DNA of 64,000 nt from Octopus bimaculoides. Lineage: Eukaryota. The translations under genes and the position numbers were made by a program. The stretch covers positions 835,284 through 899,283 of the forward strand of contig NC_068998.1 in NCBI RefSeq assembly GCF_001194135.2, given 5' to 3'. Shown piece after piece: positions 1 to 13,597 of this stretch (within the stretch, counting starts at the first letter, position 1; each line of letters opens with the position of its first letter). The notes under the pieces are model-generated. The model ran no database searches, was not told where the DNA came from, and saw nothing but the letters and a program-made list of their open reading frames with translations.

Positions 1-447
1 TCTTCTATCTGTTTCATAACATCCCGCGACGGTATCGTTAGCCCGTCCATACATTTGATTTTGCCTCTCTTCAAGACTAACACACCACACCTTTCACAGT
101 CCGAATTCCATTCTGATATCAGCACTGAAGGTAAACACCATATAAACGAGGAACCTGACTTGGGCTTCATCTTTACCGTAAAGTTTGAGGTCATCCATGG
201 ATAACAAATGGTCGACTTTTTGTTGGCAGCTTTTGAATACAGACCCAGCTTTTGCTTTCCTCAGAATCAGTGTTAGTGGTATCAAGCACAGTACAAAGAT
301 CAGTGGGGACAGGCAGTCCCCTTGGAAGATGCCCCTCCTAATTTCTACTGTCCCTAAACTTCTTCCGTATGCTGTCAGGACTCCATTTTCTTTCCAGATG
401 TTCTTACATTGACTCTGCAAGTATTCCAGTCAATAGCTTCCACATCA
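1..447 (-). mobile_element. R4/Dong-clade non-LTR retrotransposon RT fragment
   Basis: IRRGIFQGDCLSPLIFVLCLIPL...HLLSMDDLKLYGK...DIRMEFGL; these are R4-clade RT domains 4-6. Confidence 0.85.
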
Positions 448-792
448 GTGGCAAACAGGATATCGGTTATCAGGCGATGGTGAGGGACGAATACACGCAC
501 ACACACACACACACACACAGATATATACGTGACAGGCTTCTTTCTGTTTCCGTCTACCAAATTCATTCACAAGAGCTCTGGTCCGCCCGAGGCTATAGTA
601 AAAGACACTTGCCCCAGGTGCCATGCAGTGAGACTGAACTCGGAACAACGTGGCTGGGTGCACACTTCTTGCCACACAGCCACGCCTGCACTTGTGTTTA
701 CAGCAAATTTAATTATCGATATTTTATATTTCATTTTATTTTTACTGGAAATCAGAAAAAAAGATATGCAATTCACCTTAATTGACTTTTTG

Positions 793-835
<43 letters not shown>

Positions 836-1169
836 CATGTATATATATATGTAAGGCAAATAACCGAATTATGCAATTATCCGGTATGCAGTTAAACAGA
901 TTCGCCCGTAGTGAAGCAGCAGCGGAAGTTATTACTTTATATGTTTCTATGGTAACAGCTTGAACTAGACACTCCGTCTTTATCTCAATGAATTCTGACA
1001 TCTGACCTGTATTCAAACACGATGCTTATTTAATCCCAAACAGCTGCCACGCTCCACTAAACACAGATAGAAACATATCTGTAACCACTTCTATGTAGTC
1101 ACTGTTTGACAGAAATAGCAGCCAAACTTTCCCAACTCGGGGGATGGACACAGACAGTGCAATCTTTAG

Positions 1170-1200
1170 ATGGCTAACTAGCTAGCTAGCTAGCTAGATT

Positions 1201-1250
<50 letters not shown>

Positions 1251-1265
1251 TATATATATATATAT

Positions 1266-1313
<48 letters not shown>

Positions 1314-1350
1314 GCAGATAGACAGATAGATAGACAGATAGATAGACAGA
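1170..1350. repeat. Compound microsatellite (CTAG/ACAG/AT/ATAG)n
   Basis: Read directly; representative of dozens of similar arrays in the window. Confidence 0.95.
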
Positions 1351-1369
1351 TGTCCCTGTTTGTCAGGAC

Positions 1370-2140
1370 GTGACCGCGTACCTGCTTCTGGAAAGTTTCG
1401 TCCCAGGGACCAAGTGTGTTTCATGTTTGTAAAAGACCGATGACCATAAGTCGTTTATGTAAGAAGCCGCATCTCTCCTTGTCACTGATGTTGTTCCGGA
1501 GAATAAACAATAAAGAACGATTAAGTATGACACCAGTGTCGTCGCAGACAATTCCAGAATGTAAAAGAACGGAACTGATGCTACAAAACATTTCAACGGA
1601 TGGGTTTTTTTTTTCTTTTCCAATTCAAGTTACCACACTGCAATTGTTCTTCGTTTACAAACAGATCTTTCAAATGTAGAACTTATCGACCTACAAGCAG
1701 GCAAGAATCTCAGAGGAAACGAAAAATTGGAAACGGAAAACTATGAAGAGGAACATGAGAGATCACCTCTAGTTTTCGGTTCTCTGCAAAACAATCAGAC
1801 AGAAATTAAGAAATGACTTCGAGAATTATATATTGAGGAAGCTGATTAAGTTGAGGAAAAGTCTAAAAAGATGCCAGAGAGAACTGGCACTCGAGATGAA
1901 AGAATTTCGAATAAGGATGGGCTCACACTGACAGACAAAGCGGAGATGGAAGAAGCATGCAAAACCTTCTTAACCAACTTTTTAAAATCGTCAGTGAAGT
2001 TCGATCCTTCGCTGCCACAGATGTTGGATGAAGTGCCATATATTCTGGTCAGTGAAATATTCTCTTGCTGATGGAAGCAGACAAAGCTCCAAAGGAAGAC
2101 GGCATCACAACGGAGCTGTTAAGGTGAAGAACTGTAAAAA
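1370..2140 (+). mobile_element. Degraded RTE-type LINE fragment (endonuclease-RT linker)
   Basis: EVPYILVSEI...MEADKAPKEDGITTELL resembles the KAPGxDGI motif; many stops; runs into a gap. Confidence 0.55.
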
Positions 2141-3857
2141 NNNNNNNNNNNNNNNNNNNNNNNNNNNNNNNNNNNNNNNNNNNNNNNNNNNNNNNNNNNN
2201 NNNNNNNNNNNNNNNNNNNNNNNNNNNNNNNNNNNNNNNNNNNNNNNNNNNNNNNNNNNNNNNNNNNNNNNNNNNNNNNNNNNNNNNNNNNNNNNNNNNN
2301 NNNNNNNNNNNNNNNNNNNNNNNNNNNNNNNNNNNNNNNNNNNNNNNNNNNNNNNNNNNNNNNNNNNNNNNNNNNNNNNNNNNNNNNNNNNNNNNNNNNN
2401 NNNNNNNNNNNNNNNNNNNNNNNNNNNNNNNNNNNNNNNNNNNNNNNNNNNNNNNNNNNNNNNNNNNNNNNNNNNNNNNNNNNNNNNNNNNNNNNNNNNN
2501 NNNNNNNNNNNNNNNNNNNNNNNNNNNNNNNNNNNNNNNNNNNNNNNNNNNNNNNNNNNNNNNNNNNNNNNNNNNNNNNNNNNNNNNNNNNNNNNNNNNN
2601 NNNNNNNNNNNNNNNNNNNNNNNNNNNNNNNNNNNNNNNNNNNNNNNNNNNNNNNNNNNNNNNNNNNNNNNNNNNNNNNNNNNNNNNNNNNNNNNNNNNN
2701 NNNNNNNNNNNNNNNNNNNNNNNNNNNNNNNNNNNNNNNNNNNNNNNNNNNNNNNNNNNNNNNNNNNNNNNNNNNNNNNNNNNNNNNNNNNNNNNNNNNN
2801 NNNNNNNNNNNNNNNNNNNNNNNNNNNNNNNNNNNNNNNNNNNNNNNNNNNNNNNNNNNNNNNNNNNNNNNNNNNNNNNNNNNNNNNNNNNNNNNNNNNN
2901 NNNNNNNNNNNNNNNNNNNNNNNNNNNNNNNNNNNNNNNNNNNNNNNNNNNNNNNNNNNNNNNNNNNNNNNNNNNNNNNNNNNNNNNNNNNNNNNNNNNN
3001 NNNNNNNNNNNNNNNTACCACACAACCACACCTAAGATCGTTGTATACACATATACAAACGCAAAAACAAGCAAGTATATATATATATATATATATAAAT
3101 GGAAAGGGATCAGTAATAAAGGAAAAAGTGAAAAACGCTCGTTGGGGCAGCGACACTAACAGATCTTTGGGGTGATGACTATGGCTGCTGCTGCTGCTGT
3201 TTCCATAGCAACAGTGGTCACTGCTCTGAAGGTAGCCACAGTAGAAGAAAAAGCAAGTGGAATCGCCTACCTTCTGTACTAATACGACCAGGAACCGACG
3301 AATCGGGGCAGTAAGAACTCCCTCCAGCACAGAGGTGGCCAGGGACTTCCAGCAACAGTTTCACCTGGTTATCCCACAGGGGTGTAGGAAAGCTAGACCC
3401 TGGGGAATGGGTCTGAAAGCCGTCAGGACAATGAAGACAAAGAAGAAACAAGCGAAAAACGATAAACCCGGACTGGAAATAAATTAGTCAATGGAAATAG
3501 AAGGGCTCTTGTGTCTGCCCAGCAGCTGAGATTGAGCGTTGCGATCATTAAGTAGGGCAAGAGGAACCCTATGCTGACTGAAAGACAGAGAATTAGTTGA
3601 TGCTTTGCTTGTTTTATATTTTTTGAGCTGAGAAATTTTATCTCACGCAATTTGGTCCTCCCAAACGACCCATTTCCCGAGGAAATTCCCCATGTCCAGA
3701 ACAGCCACCTGTCTTGTCACGCAGATAGAAAGCGACTCCTCTATCTAATATTTTTAATGTTTAGGGGTCTAACACCATAAAAGTTTTTGTACTGGAGTCG
3801 TTGACGACAAAAGTGACTCTAACATCGTTCACACAAACGCGGCTCTCAATGGAATTG

Positions 3858-3898
<41 letters not shown>

Positions 3899-3905
3899 TG
3901 TTGTT

Positions 3906-3967
<62 letters not shown>

Positions 3968-4859
3968 TGATTGTAGTAAACTCCCAGTTCAATTGTAGTA
4001 ATGTCCCAGTGCCTAACAAGAAGACGGTGCCAAACTTAAATGATTCCACCCCGCCCCTGCCACTAAGCCTGTTGGCAAACGCTTTAACCCATGTGATATG
4101 ATTGTTGCTGACGAGATAGATAATTACCTAAAGATGTGTTGTCTGTTGTTATAAATCTGCACTACCTCTAACCTAATTTATTTCTTCTCCCCTGGGTCGG
4201 CTGAAGAATGCATTTCTTTCACAGCCAGACGATATTAAAGAAGCCGTCAGATTATAAGCCGGAGGATTAAGAGTTCATCTCTTATTGGCGTGTTTTATAT
4301 CCAGGGCCGAGAAATTTAAACTAAAGTTTGTGGTAATATTTTTGCAAAGAAGTCAGAAGAAAAAATCGCCGATGTAGGATTGCCGGAATCAGGATTTCTT
4401 TCTCTTGGAAAACAAATATTTGGATAAAAGACCATTGCATATCGTTCTGATGTCTTCACAAATAACACATCAACCAACAACATTAAATCCACGAAATATT
4501 CAGACTTACTGAATCAGAGAGGGGAGAAGACAATGTTTGCCGATGTATGTACAGTATGGTCATCGAATAGATGAAGGTGTTGGACATTCACAGCCATGGA
4601 TCAATGGATCACACCAAGTTAATCGGCCGACTTCCTTCTTGTTGTCTGTCTGGAGAGAAATCTTTTCTGAAGTCTGAAAATATATAAATGCTTCTAGAAT
4701 CCTCTTTTAAAAAGATTTTTAACCCCTTCTGTAGCTTTTTCTATTTCGTTGCAATTAGAAAGATTCATGCTGCTACGAGGTTGTTATCAAGGTTGTTAGA
4801 ACCACACAGAGAACAACTTGTTTGCGTGTTCATACTGGAAAGTGCTTTTTCTGCTCATA

Positions 4860-5160
4860 TTGGCTAGTGGCTTAGTGGTTCGGGTGTTGCATTCGTGATC
4901 AAGTGACCGTTGGTTCGATTCCCGGACCGAACAGCGCGTTGTGTTATTCAGTAAAACATTTCGTTTCACGATGCTTCAGTCCATTCAGTTGTAATCCTGC
5001 GTCGTGGAATAACCTTCCGACCAGGACGAATGCTGGCCCGCTTACCTGGTCAGTGGGTGGGAAGCATCATTCAAAAACTGAGCGATGCAAAGTGCATTGT
5101 GACCAGCGATGTATAGCAACAGCCGATAGTCTGGTCGATCACGTGGTCACGTGATATTAA
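4860..5160 (+). mobile_element. tRNA-derived SINE, family C (second copy 9510-9760)
   Basis: tRNA-like head GGCTTAGTGGTT...GGTTCGATTCCCGG; body shared with the 9510 copy. Confidence 0.7.
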
Positions 5161-6326
5161 CTGTAGAAGCAATGGAAATTTTTATGCAGCCCTTTAACGC
5201 TAGTTAAAATCATTTGATTTCTAGAGTCTACTGAGAAATGCATATTTGTAAAGTTTAGGAAAATTTTACCAACATTAGAACGAACATTTAAACTAAATAA
5301 AGGATCATTTTGTGTAATATTTCGTCTTCTATTTTCGTGCTTTCGAGTCTTAATGTTGTTCGGAATGTAATGTCTGCCGCTTTCTTACTTCTATCATTAA
5401 CTTGTCAGTAATTTGAAATACAGATTTTCGATTTCAATAGCTTTTAGTTTCTAATAAAATACAATCTACTTTGTATCGAGCACTTTTTATTTATTTATAA
5501 ATACAGACGTTCACCAACGTGTGCATGTGTGCGTAAGTGTGCGCATGATGCACACACACATATATACATAAATGTATATATGTATGTATATATGTATACA
5601 TGTAGGTATGTGCGTGTACGTATGTATGAGTGTGTATGTATATATATATATACATATTAGACATCATAAAACCTTGGACGTGGCCCAGATGTGGTGCCGA
5701 GAGAGTATTTTACCGAATGTTGTGGAAGTTTCATAAATTTTCAGACAGAGCAAAGACTTGTATTGTATTCTTTTTTATTATCATCTTCGTCATCACCATC
5801 CTAATGGTTATCATCACCTCAAACACCACCACCCCCGTCACCATTCCGCTGCCGTCACCATCATTATCGCTACCACCACCACCACCACCACCACCGTCAA
5901 AAACCATCATCACCACCGCCACCCCCATCGTCGTCATCGTCAACATCATCATCATCATCTTCATCATCACAGATATAAAACTAGTAGTGCTGCTGCTACA
6001 GACTACTGGGGTTCGCTCGAGAGAAAAGAATTTAGCGGAATTTTATTGAAGCTTTTTAAATAACGTGTGATATGTCAGTGAATGTATGTGTGTGTTTGTA
6101 TGTGTGCTTCGTTTCGTAAAAAAGCATATATGTTTGCGTACCTGTGGTTATAAACACGCACACAACATACCAAGATATATTTATACACACAGACGCGCGC
6201 GCACACATACACACCCACTACTTCGTTTGACTACATTATTACAACTGCATCCACATACATATATACACACGTACACTCATTTCCACGCACCATACATATA
6301 TGTACATATATATATATATATATATA

Positions 6327-6367
<41 letters not shown>

Positions 6368-7259
6368 NNNNNNNNNNNNNNNNNNNNNNNNNNNNNNNNN
6401 NNNNNNNNNNNNNNNNNNNNNNNNNNNNNNNNNNNNNNNNNNNNNNNNNNNNNNNNNNNNNNNNNNNNNNNNNNNNNNNNNNNNNNNNNNNNNNNNNNNN
6501 NNNNNNNNNNNNNNNNNNNNNNNNNNNNNNNNNNNNNNNNNNNNNNNNNNNNNNNNNNNNNNNNNNNNNNNNNNNNNNNNNNNNNNNNNNNNNNNNNNNN
6601 NNNNNNNNNNNNNNNNNNNNNNNNNNNNNNNNNNNNNNNNNNNNNNNNNNNNNNNNNNNNNNNNNNNNNNNNNNNNNNNNNNNNNTATATATATATATAT
6701 ATATATATATCCGTGTATTTGTGTGTGCTTGTATGTATGCGTATGTATGTATGTATGTATGTATGTATGTATGTATGTATTTCTTCCGACGATGGAACAG
6801 GTTGCCAATAAAAATCAGTGATACATTCAACATGCACGAATCTGCACCAGTTACCCAACCTTTCTAGAAACAGCTGTAAAGCAAGTACAACCTGCACCTC
6901 TTTTCAAATAACTCAAAGGCTTGTACCTTTGACATCATTGATCTACTTACCATAGTATGTCTCATCAACACTATTGACTTAGTTTCTACCTTATCCTGTA
7001 ATGTACCTATATACACCTGAACTATATCGAACTCTTCATATTCCGGACTATTTCTGACTTCCTGCTATGTATACTCAAACATGTATATACTCATATACGT
7101 ATATATGTATATTTGTATACTCATACACGTATATTTGTATTCCTCTCCAATGTGTTATATAAACACAAATATTTTATAAACTGATTTCATACCTGTTGAC
7201 TACCTGTTTATGCCTTCGTTCCGCTTTACTCACACACACATACACACTCTCTCCCCCAC

Positions 7260-7290
<31 letters not shown>

Positions 7291-10266
7291 TATGGGTGTC
7301 TGAAAATGAAAGCATATAGCACTTAATACATTTGGTTTGAGTATTTAATAACAATTTGACTTAGATCCACATCATTTAAAGTTTCGTGTTTATGTGAGTG
7401 TAAGTGAAAATATCTCTTATTATGATATCAATTTATCTATGGCCCCAAATAATTGACTTGCATTTTTACGTTAGTTTCTGTTGGTTCTGTTGCAGAATCT
7501 ATCCCATAAAGATTGAGAATTCGTTGTTTTTTCATTTTGGACAATTCGGCTAAATCACGATGAAGCTCTTTTCTAAGTCATCCCGACAATTTGTATTTAA
7601 CAAATAGCTTTGAGCTTATAATGGACCATTCATTTTTTATGGGACCACAAGTGGGTTATGTCTTATTCCGAGAAAGAAGGGAAGTGTACGTGACGTTTAG
7701 CAAAATCTCCCCGGAAGAAGCATTGGACATGGGTTTCTGCAGCAGTAAGAAGCATATCAGAATATCGTGTGACCGTCAGCCCAGCGACCTAGCCTGTATG
7801 GTCGTAGTTTCTGTTTACAACGGTCAGATGAGTGTTACCTAGTATTTCTGTGGTTTCTTTTGCTCGATCAGGACAGACCATAGGCTAAACAACAACACCA
7901 ATCATGAATAAGAACAGGTATCTACTCCACGCTAGTTTAAAATGAAATGTAATGCAAATGTTATGGTTACGGTATCAATATGTTGATTTGAACTCTCAAC
8001 GCTTTGATTGGTAGCGAGGTATGTATTTTATCAAGTCAACCTGCTTGGAGGATTTCACAAATATTTACGCCAACATTGAGAGGGAGAAAAAAAAATGTAT
8101 CTTTCAGAAAGTCTTCACCGACGCTAGCAAAAATCCGTCTTGATATATGATCGCTCGAGAATGTATTTCCTTCTTGCTTTTGTCAAAAACAAAATAAATA
8201 ATTACCTATGTATATATATTGCAGTTGCTTTGTTTTAAATTTCTCCTGAGAACTGCAAGTTTCAAACGATAGAGATAATATATAACGCGCGCGGGCGTGC
8301 ACATACACACACAAACATATATTATATATCCCACATCTTGATTTTTTTTTCATTCCAGCAGCAAAATAAACTGCTTCCGGTGAATGTCTTCTTAAACAAA
8401 CACCAAGGAATATACATCACAACATGTTGCCATGAGTCGGAAACAATTTCTAAAATAAACTCTATAACAAATTTTGTTTGCATGTTGTCTTTGTACGTGT
8501 GTGTACGTGTGCCCACGGGGTGGGGAATGACAGAAGTGATGGTAGGGGTGAGAGTATCATAGTTGTTTAAACAAAAAGAGAATATGTATATATATATTGT
8601 TTTTGGTTGTGTATTTTCATTTTATGTGGTGAGTACAAAAGAGTAAACGGCAGGCTCTCTCTCTCTCTCTCTCTCTCTCTGACTAGCTATAGTATCTTCG
8701 CATTGTTGTGCGTCTTTGATACATTTCAGTTTGTTGCAAGCTCTCGGGGTAGATTCCTCCGGTTCCCGCCCGGATCATGTCTTTGGCCACAGACGTTGAT
8801 TATAGATGCCCAGACAGCACGTTAGCCACACAGTGTCACCATTCTGAACATCAACAATCGTACCAGCTACCTTTATAACACCATTGATTTGACCCTAACC
8901 CTAAACCGAAGGTTCCTGGGCCCTTTTCTTATTCTTGCTGTTACTACTGTTGCTGTCTTTGTTGTTTTCCACCTTTTTTTCTTTTCCTCGCCTTTTCTAT
9001 TTTTCTCGGTAAGTCTCGTAGGAAGCTCACAAATGGCTCTTGCTAACATACTTGCAGTAAGTGTGCCGTCTTACCTGTACCACCATCCTGATTACTTTCC
9101 AATCCACTTCGCAACGGAGACAGCGTCCCACAAAAGAGTCACCGTTCCCCACATCGTTCCCCACACGGGTTACAATACTTCTCAACGAGGTCCTCAGGGG
9201 TAATCAAGGATTATATATTTATGCAGATCCCACTCAACCCATATCCCTTTTCCTTTCACGTCTTTCCAATATAGATTAAACTCTAAGCGATTTCATGAAC
9301 TTCCACATTTCCCGATTCCTTGACTCCTTGACTCCTTGACTCCTTGACTCCTGCATATCAGCCAACTCCGTCCAACTGTGGTGAGCTTTATTTCCATTTA
9401 CAGAGCCAATCCTTATTTTTCCGGATTGAGTTTGTAAATCACATCTGACTTAGCTTCGAAGTATCCGTCAAATAATATAATTTATTATAATACATTTGAT
9501 TCTTTAGTGAAGGCTCCTGGCTTAGTGGCTCACGATCATAAATTTCTGAGTTCGACTCCCGGCTGCGGGTTGTATCCTTGAGCAAGACACTTTATTTCAC
9601 GTTACTCCAGCCCATTCAGTTGTAATTCAATGGGCCAACTTTGTCACATTATGTGCTACTACGTTAAGGGTACGCGTGTCTGTGGAGTACTCAGCCACTT
9701 GCACGTTAATTTCACGAGCAGTCTGTTCTGTGGATCGGATCAGTGCTACTTTCTTAAAGTTTATTCAATTCTCTACCTTGTACGGACTCTATTTCTCAGT
9801 TAATGTTTCTTGTTTTACACATAATTTACCCGTCTGTGAATATATGTTTAGTTCAGACTTGCTGTAATAAATCAAAACATGCTGTCTGAACGTTGAAACC
9901 ACATGGCTGCCATTTAATACCAGTTGTAGAGGATTACCGATTCACTTACATATAATGAGCCTATTTCATTACCTTTGTAGCTCATCACCGTTAAACAGTC
10001 TAGACTAGCGCTCACTCCACCCCTAGTAAACTGCAGGCCATACTAAAGAGGGGCAAATACATGTGAAATGTGTGATAAATTAAGAGTTCTGAATTAACAG
10101 ACAAGTAGTAGCGGCTTCTTAAGCAGGACTCAGATTAGAATATAACCGGTGCATTTGATTAGAGAAATGAAATGAACATAAATTGCAACGCTGTTGAAAG
10201 GGTAATCAAAATGAATTGAAATAGAATATGCTTCATACTTCAACACATCTTGCAAACTTAACTTAT

Positions 10267-10323
<57 letters not shown>

Positions 10324-10454
10324 GTTTCAAATTTTGCCACAAGGGCAGCAATTTGGATGGAGGGGATGACCTCCAGTGTTCAACTGCTTCTTATTTTATC
10401 GACCCCGAAAGGATGAAAGATAAAGTCGACCTCGGCGGAATTTAATAATAATAG

Positions 10455-10529
<75 letters not shown>

Positions 10530-10554
10530 TGATGATGATGATGATAATACCACA

Positions 10555-10873
10555 GTTATTCGAGACCTACACTATTCCGAAGTATACAGCTATCTAGGAA
10601 TCAGCACTCTAAAATGAAAGAGAAAATCCGCAAGGAATGCTACCGAAGGGTAAGAATGGCCCTAAACTCAGAATTAAACGCTGTTAACAGAATTAATGCG
10701 ATCAATTCTTTGGCCAAACCAGTAACCACATATAGCTTCGGTGTCATTGAGTGGAGTCTCACTGACATGAAGAATCTAGATGGAAAGATCCGTAAAATCC
10801 TTACAAGGTACCGAATGCACCATCCAGATTCAGATGTAGACAGGATTTATCTTTCAAGAAAAATAGGTGGAAG
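10555..10873 (+). mobile_element. R4/Dong-clade LINE fragment (post-RT thumb), piece 1
   Basis: YSYLGI..KEKIRKECYRRVRMALNSELNAVNRINAINSLAKPVTTYSFGVIEW...MHHPDSDVDRIYLSRKIGG. Confidence 0.85.
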
Positions 10874-10889
10874 CAAAGAAATGGTTACA

Positions 10890-11340
10890 TTAAAGAAACA
10901 CGATTTGGAACAGGTAGGATATCAGCTATTGACACAATGTCTGATTGTGCAACAACTTTATTCTCCTCAATGTGAACTTACGCCAAGGAAACCTGGATCC
11001 TAAAATCTAAAGAGACACAGAAACGAAAAGTGTTTGAGACATGTCGTTTAGAGTGCATAACGAGGTTATCATGAGGGGGACAGTTGTGGAAAGAATCTGC
11101 TTAGAAAAGCTCTTCACATAACAAACGCCATTACTGAGTGAAATAGTCTGAACATGTTTGAACATGTAATAAGAATGTAACAGAATAACTACGAAGAGCT
11201 GAAGTTCCGCCAAAACTTCCCAAACCCTTGACCACGTGATAGACCACCCAAGATGTGCACCTCTTAGATCCGTGAAGATACCGTTCACAAAAACCAGCAG
11301 AAAGCAAATCGTTTGATCAAAGAGAATGGCGGTTGTCCAT
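10890..11340 (+). mobile_element. Degraded RTE-clade LINE 3' remnant
   Basis: YAKETWIL (compare YGSETW), MFEHVIRM and RDRPPKM (compare RGRPRK) with frameshifts. Confidence 0.5.
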
Positions 11341-12876
11341 TTGGTAGGAGAGATAGCGCGGAACTAAAGAGGATTGAGCAGTTAAGAAGTATTCTCCAAA
11401 TCCACTTGATTACAGTTTAAAATATTGAAATATTTCCAAAATCTCTTCATTCAGTTGAAGTTATCGCTTTCTAAATTAGTATTTCCTTTTTTTTATATTT
11501 ATTTCTTTGTAAAATTTTCCCACTTTTCTTTCGTTTTCTTTTGTTTTCTTTTGAGGATGAATGAATGAATCTTGAATAAATAAAACTACGGCGGGGAAAA
11601 CATTACATTTCTATTTATGATGACATGTAGAAGTGTTGTTCTGGCAATAGCAATTATAAGCTGTTGCTAATAATTTAATCTTCCCAACTCCCTTCGCTGT
11701 TCACCCCTGCTCTGTTCACCACTACACCGTTCTACAACTATAGAAAACAACGTTGAGTTCGCGAAAATACCTGAAATAAGAGAATGGCATGGATTAAGAC
11801 AGATTGGGTAGATGCAGGTGTACTGAATGACGTACGTAAAGAATTTTTAATGAATTGAAATTAAGCTTACTTTTTAAAAAGAAAAAAAAACACACAAAAA
11901 ACTTAGATGTGATTAATTAGCAGCTGGTAATTAATTGTTTGTGGATCGCAAAGAGAGGAGAAGATTGTTTCCAATAATTAAAGTATAATTTTAGAAAATT
12001 TAATAAACAGGCTTAAGTGGGAAGGTCTAATCTTTGTTAACAAGAACAGTAACAGCAGCGGCGGTGTCTCAGATTTTGTGGACCTCGTCAGCGAACAATA
12101 AAAGGACTTGTTCGATCAAGGGACAGACATATTTACATAGAGAAAAGGTTTGAGAAGATTTCTGGTTGACAATATGTTTAGCATAAAACGTAATTATTTG
12201 AGTGAAAACTGCTGCCGCTGCTGCTGGTTCTCGTTGCTTGTGGAGCAAGAAAGAGAAGGATCATGAGATGAGAGAGAGAGGGGGTGAATATTCCTCTCGA
12301 GAAGAGAGAACCGCCTTCACGTTTAGATATTTTTCTTATGTTGAGGGATTTTTTTCCTATGCGTGAAAAGAGACAAAGAACATATAATATTTAATATTTC
12401 CATATCATTCATTTATTAGATATTCAAGCACTTGTGGATAGAATCATTTCGACCTTGTTTGGGCTCTTCAGCACAAAATAACCCGAGATTTTGAAATTAG
12501 TCTATGGTCATTTTAAAAGTAAAAAATTAAATACGATTCGATTTTTCTTTTCCTTTTTTTTTTTCTCATTTAAAAATGGCGAAAAGAAGGAAAGAAATAG
12601 ATAACTCCTTTTTTTGCTCATTGTTCCAATATATTTAATATCAAATTTATTTACTGTGAGCCTTTTTCTGTCTACTCACCAAGTAGGTCCGTGTTGACAA
12701 GACCCCACTTGGTCAGTCCATGACGACAAGGACCCACAATCAAAGTCGGCTACGATTTGAGGCGTTGGAGATGACTCCTTCTCTCAAAGCGCCAGGTGTT
12801 AAAACACCTGAAAGTCAGTCATAGACAGTCGAGACATCTCACGCCAAGTCCCGTTCAGGAGCGATAGACATCGACG

Positions 12877-13597
12877 AGGGGGAAGAGGCTTAACATTGAC
12901 CCAGGCTGCCTTTGAATGTCATATCTTATGCCTTCGACATCATCTTTTAACCATCAAGTGTAGAAATGCATGCATTGACTAAGTTTGCATGCGCGAGGCA
13001 GATAACATCATGAGACTTGGAAAGGAAATCCTTAAGCAACATTCCTTGAATGCATGCCCAAAGAGGCTGCATGACTCTACCGCAACGTATCATCAGATGA
13101 AAGGTTGAGTGAATATGAGGAGAAGACCTTGCATGGATATGTTAGCAGAAAACTCCAGGATGACGTTGATCATTGATCATCAAAGCAGTCTATCGTAGAC
13201 CAACAACCTGATTACTAACTCTCACTTTGAAGCCTATGCGGTTGCAATCCAGGAAATGAAAATATCAATCAAATACCTGATGCACAATAATGACAGGGGC
13301 GCAGGAAAAGCAGCAACATGTGATAACATGTGATAACCGATACAGATTTTGTGGAGATAACAGCGAAGATATTATCCACATCGTAAGCAGTTGTCCAAAG
13401 ATGTCACCTCGTTATTATCTACCGATAATACATGATGCTGTAGTCAAGACACCGTATAACGAGATCAGTCGAAAGGATAATCATGAGGTCAATATAATAT
13501 GAAAGAGTACTGGTGGAATATTGCAGTGAAAATCTCAATAAAATGTAAGCATAAAAAACCTGACATATTGATTTGGGACAGAGAAGAGTAAATGTGT
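12877..13597 (+). mobile_element. R4/Dong-clade LINE fragment, piece 2 (CCHC finger and start of RLE endonuclease)
   Basis: GGRGLTLTQAAFE...EEKTLHGYV...SHFEAYAVAIQE...RFCGDNSEDIIHIVSSCPKMSPRYYLPIIHDAVVK...KPDILIWDREE. Confidence 0.8.

Noticed and set aside
3200-9280. Two minus-strand segments (~3200-3700, ~8700-9280) faintly resembling LINE ORF1 zinc-knuckle regions (EGRR..C)
   Set aside because: The similarity rests on a few residues across frameshifts and cannot be supported without a profile search.
10867-12878. GT...AG intron that would splice Dong pieces 1 and 2 into RKIGGRGL
   Set aside because: The donor (gtggaa) is weak and there is no polypyrimidine tract. The GT/AG arise from the 9-bp flanking direct repeat, and the element is full of stops.
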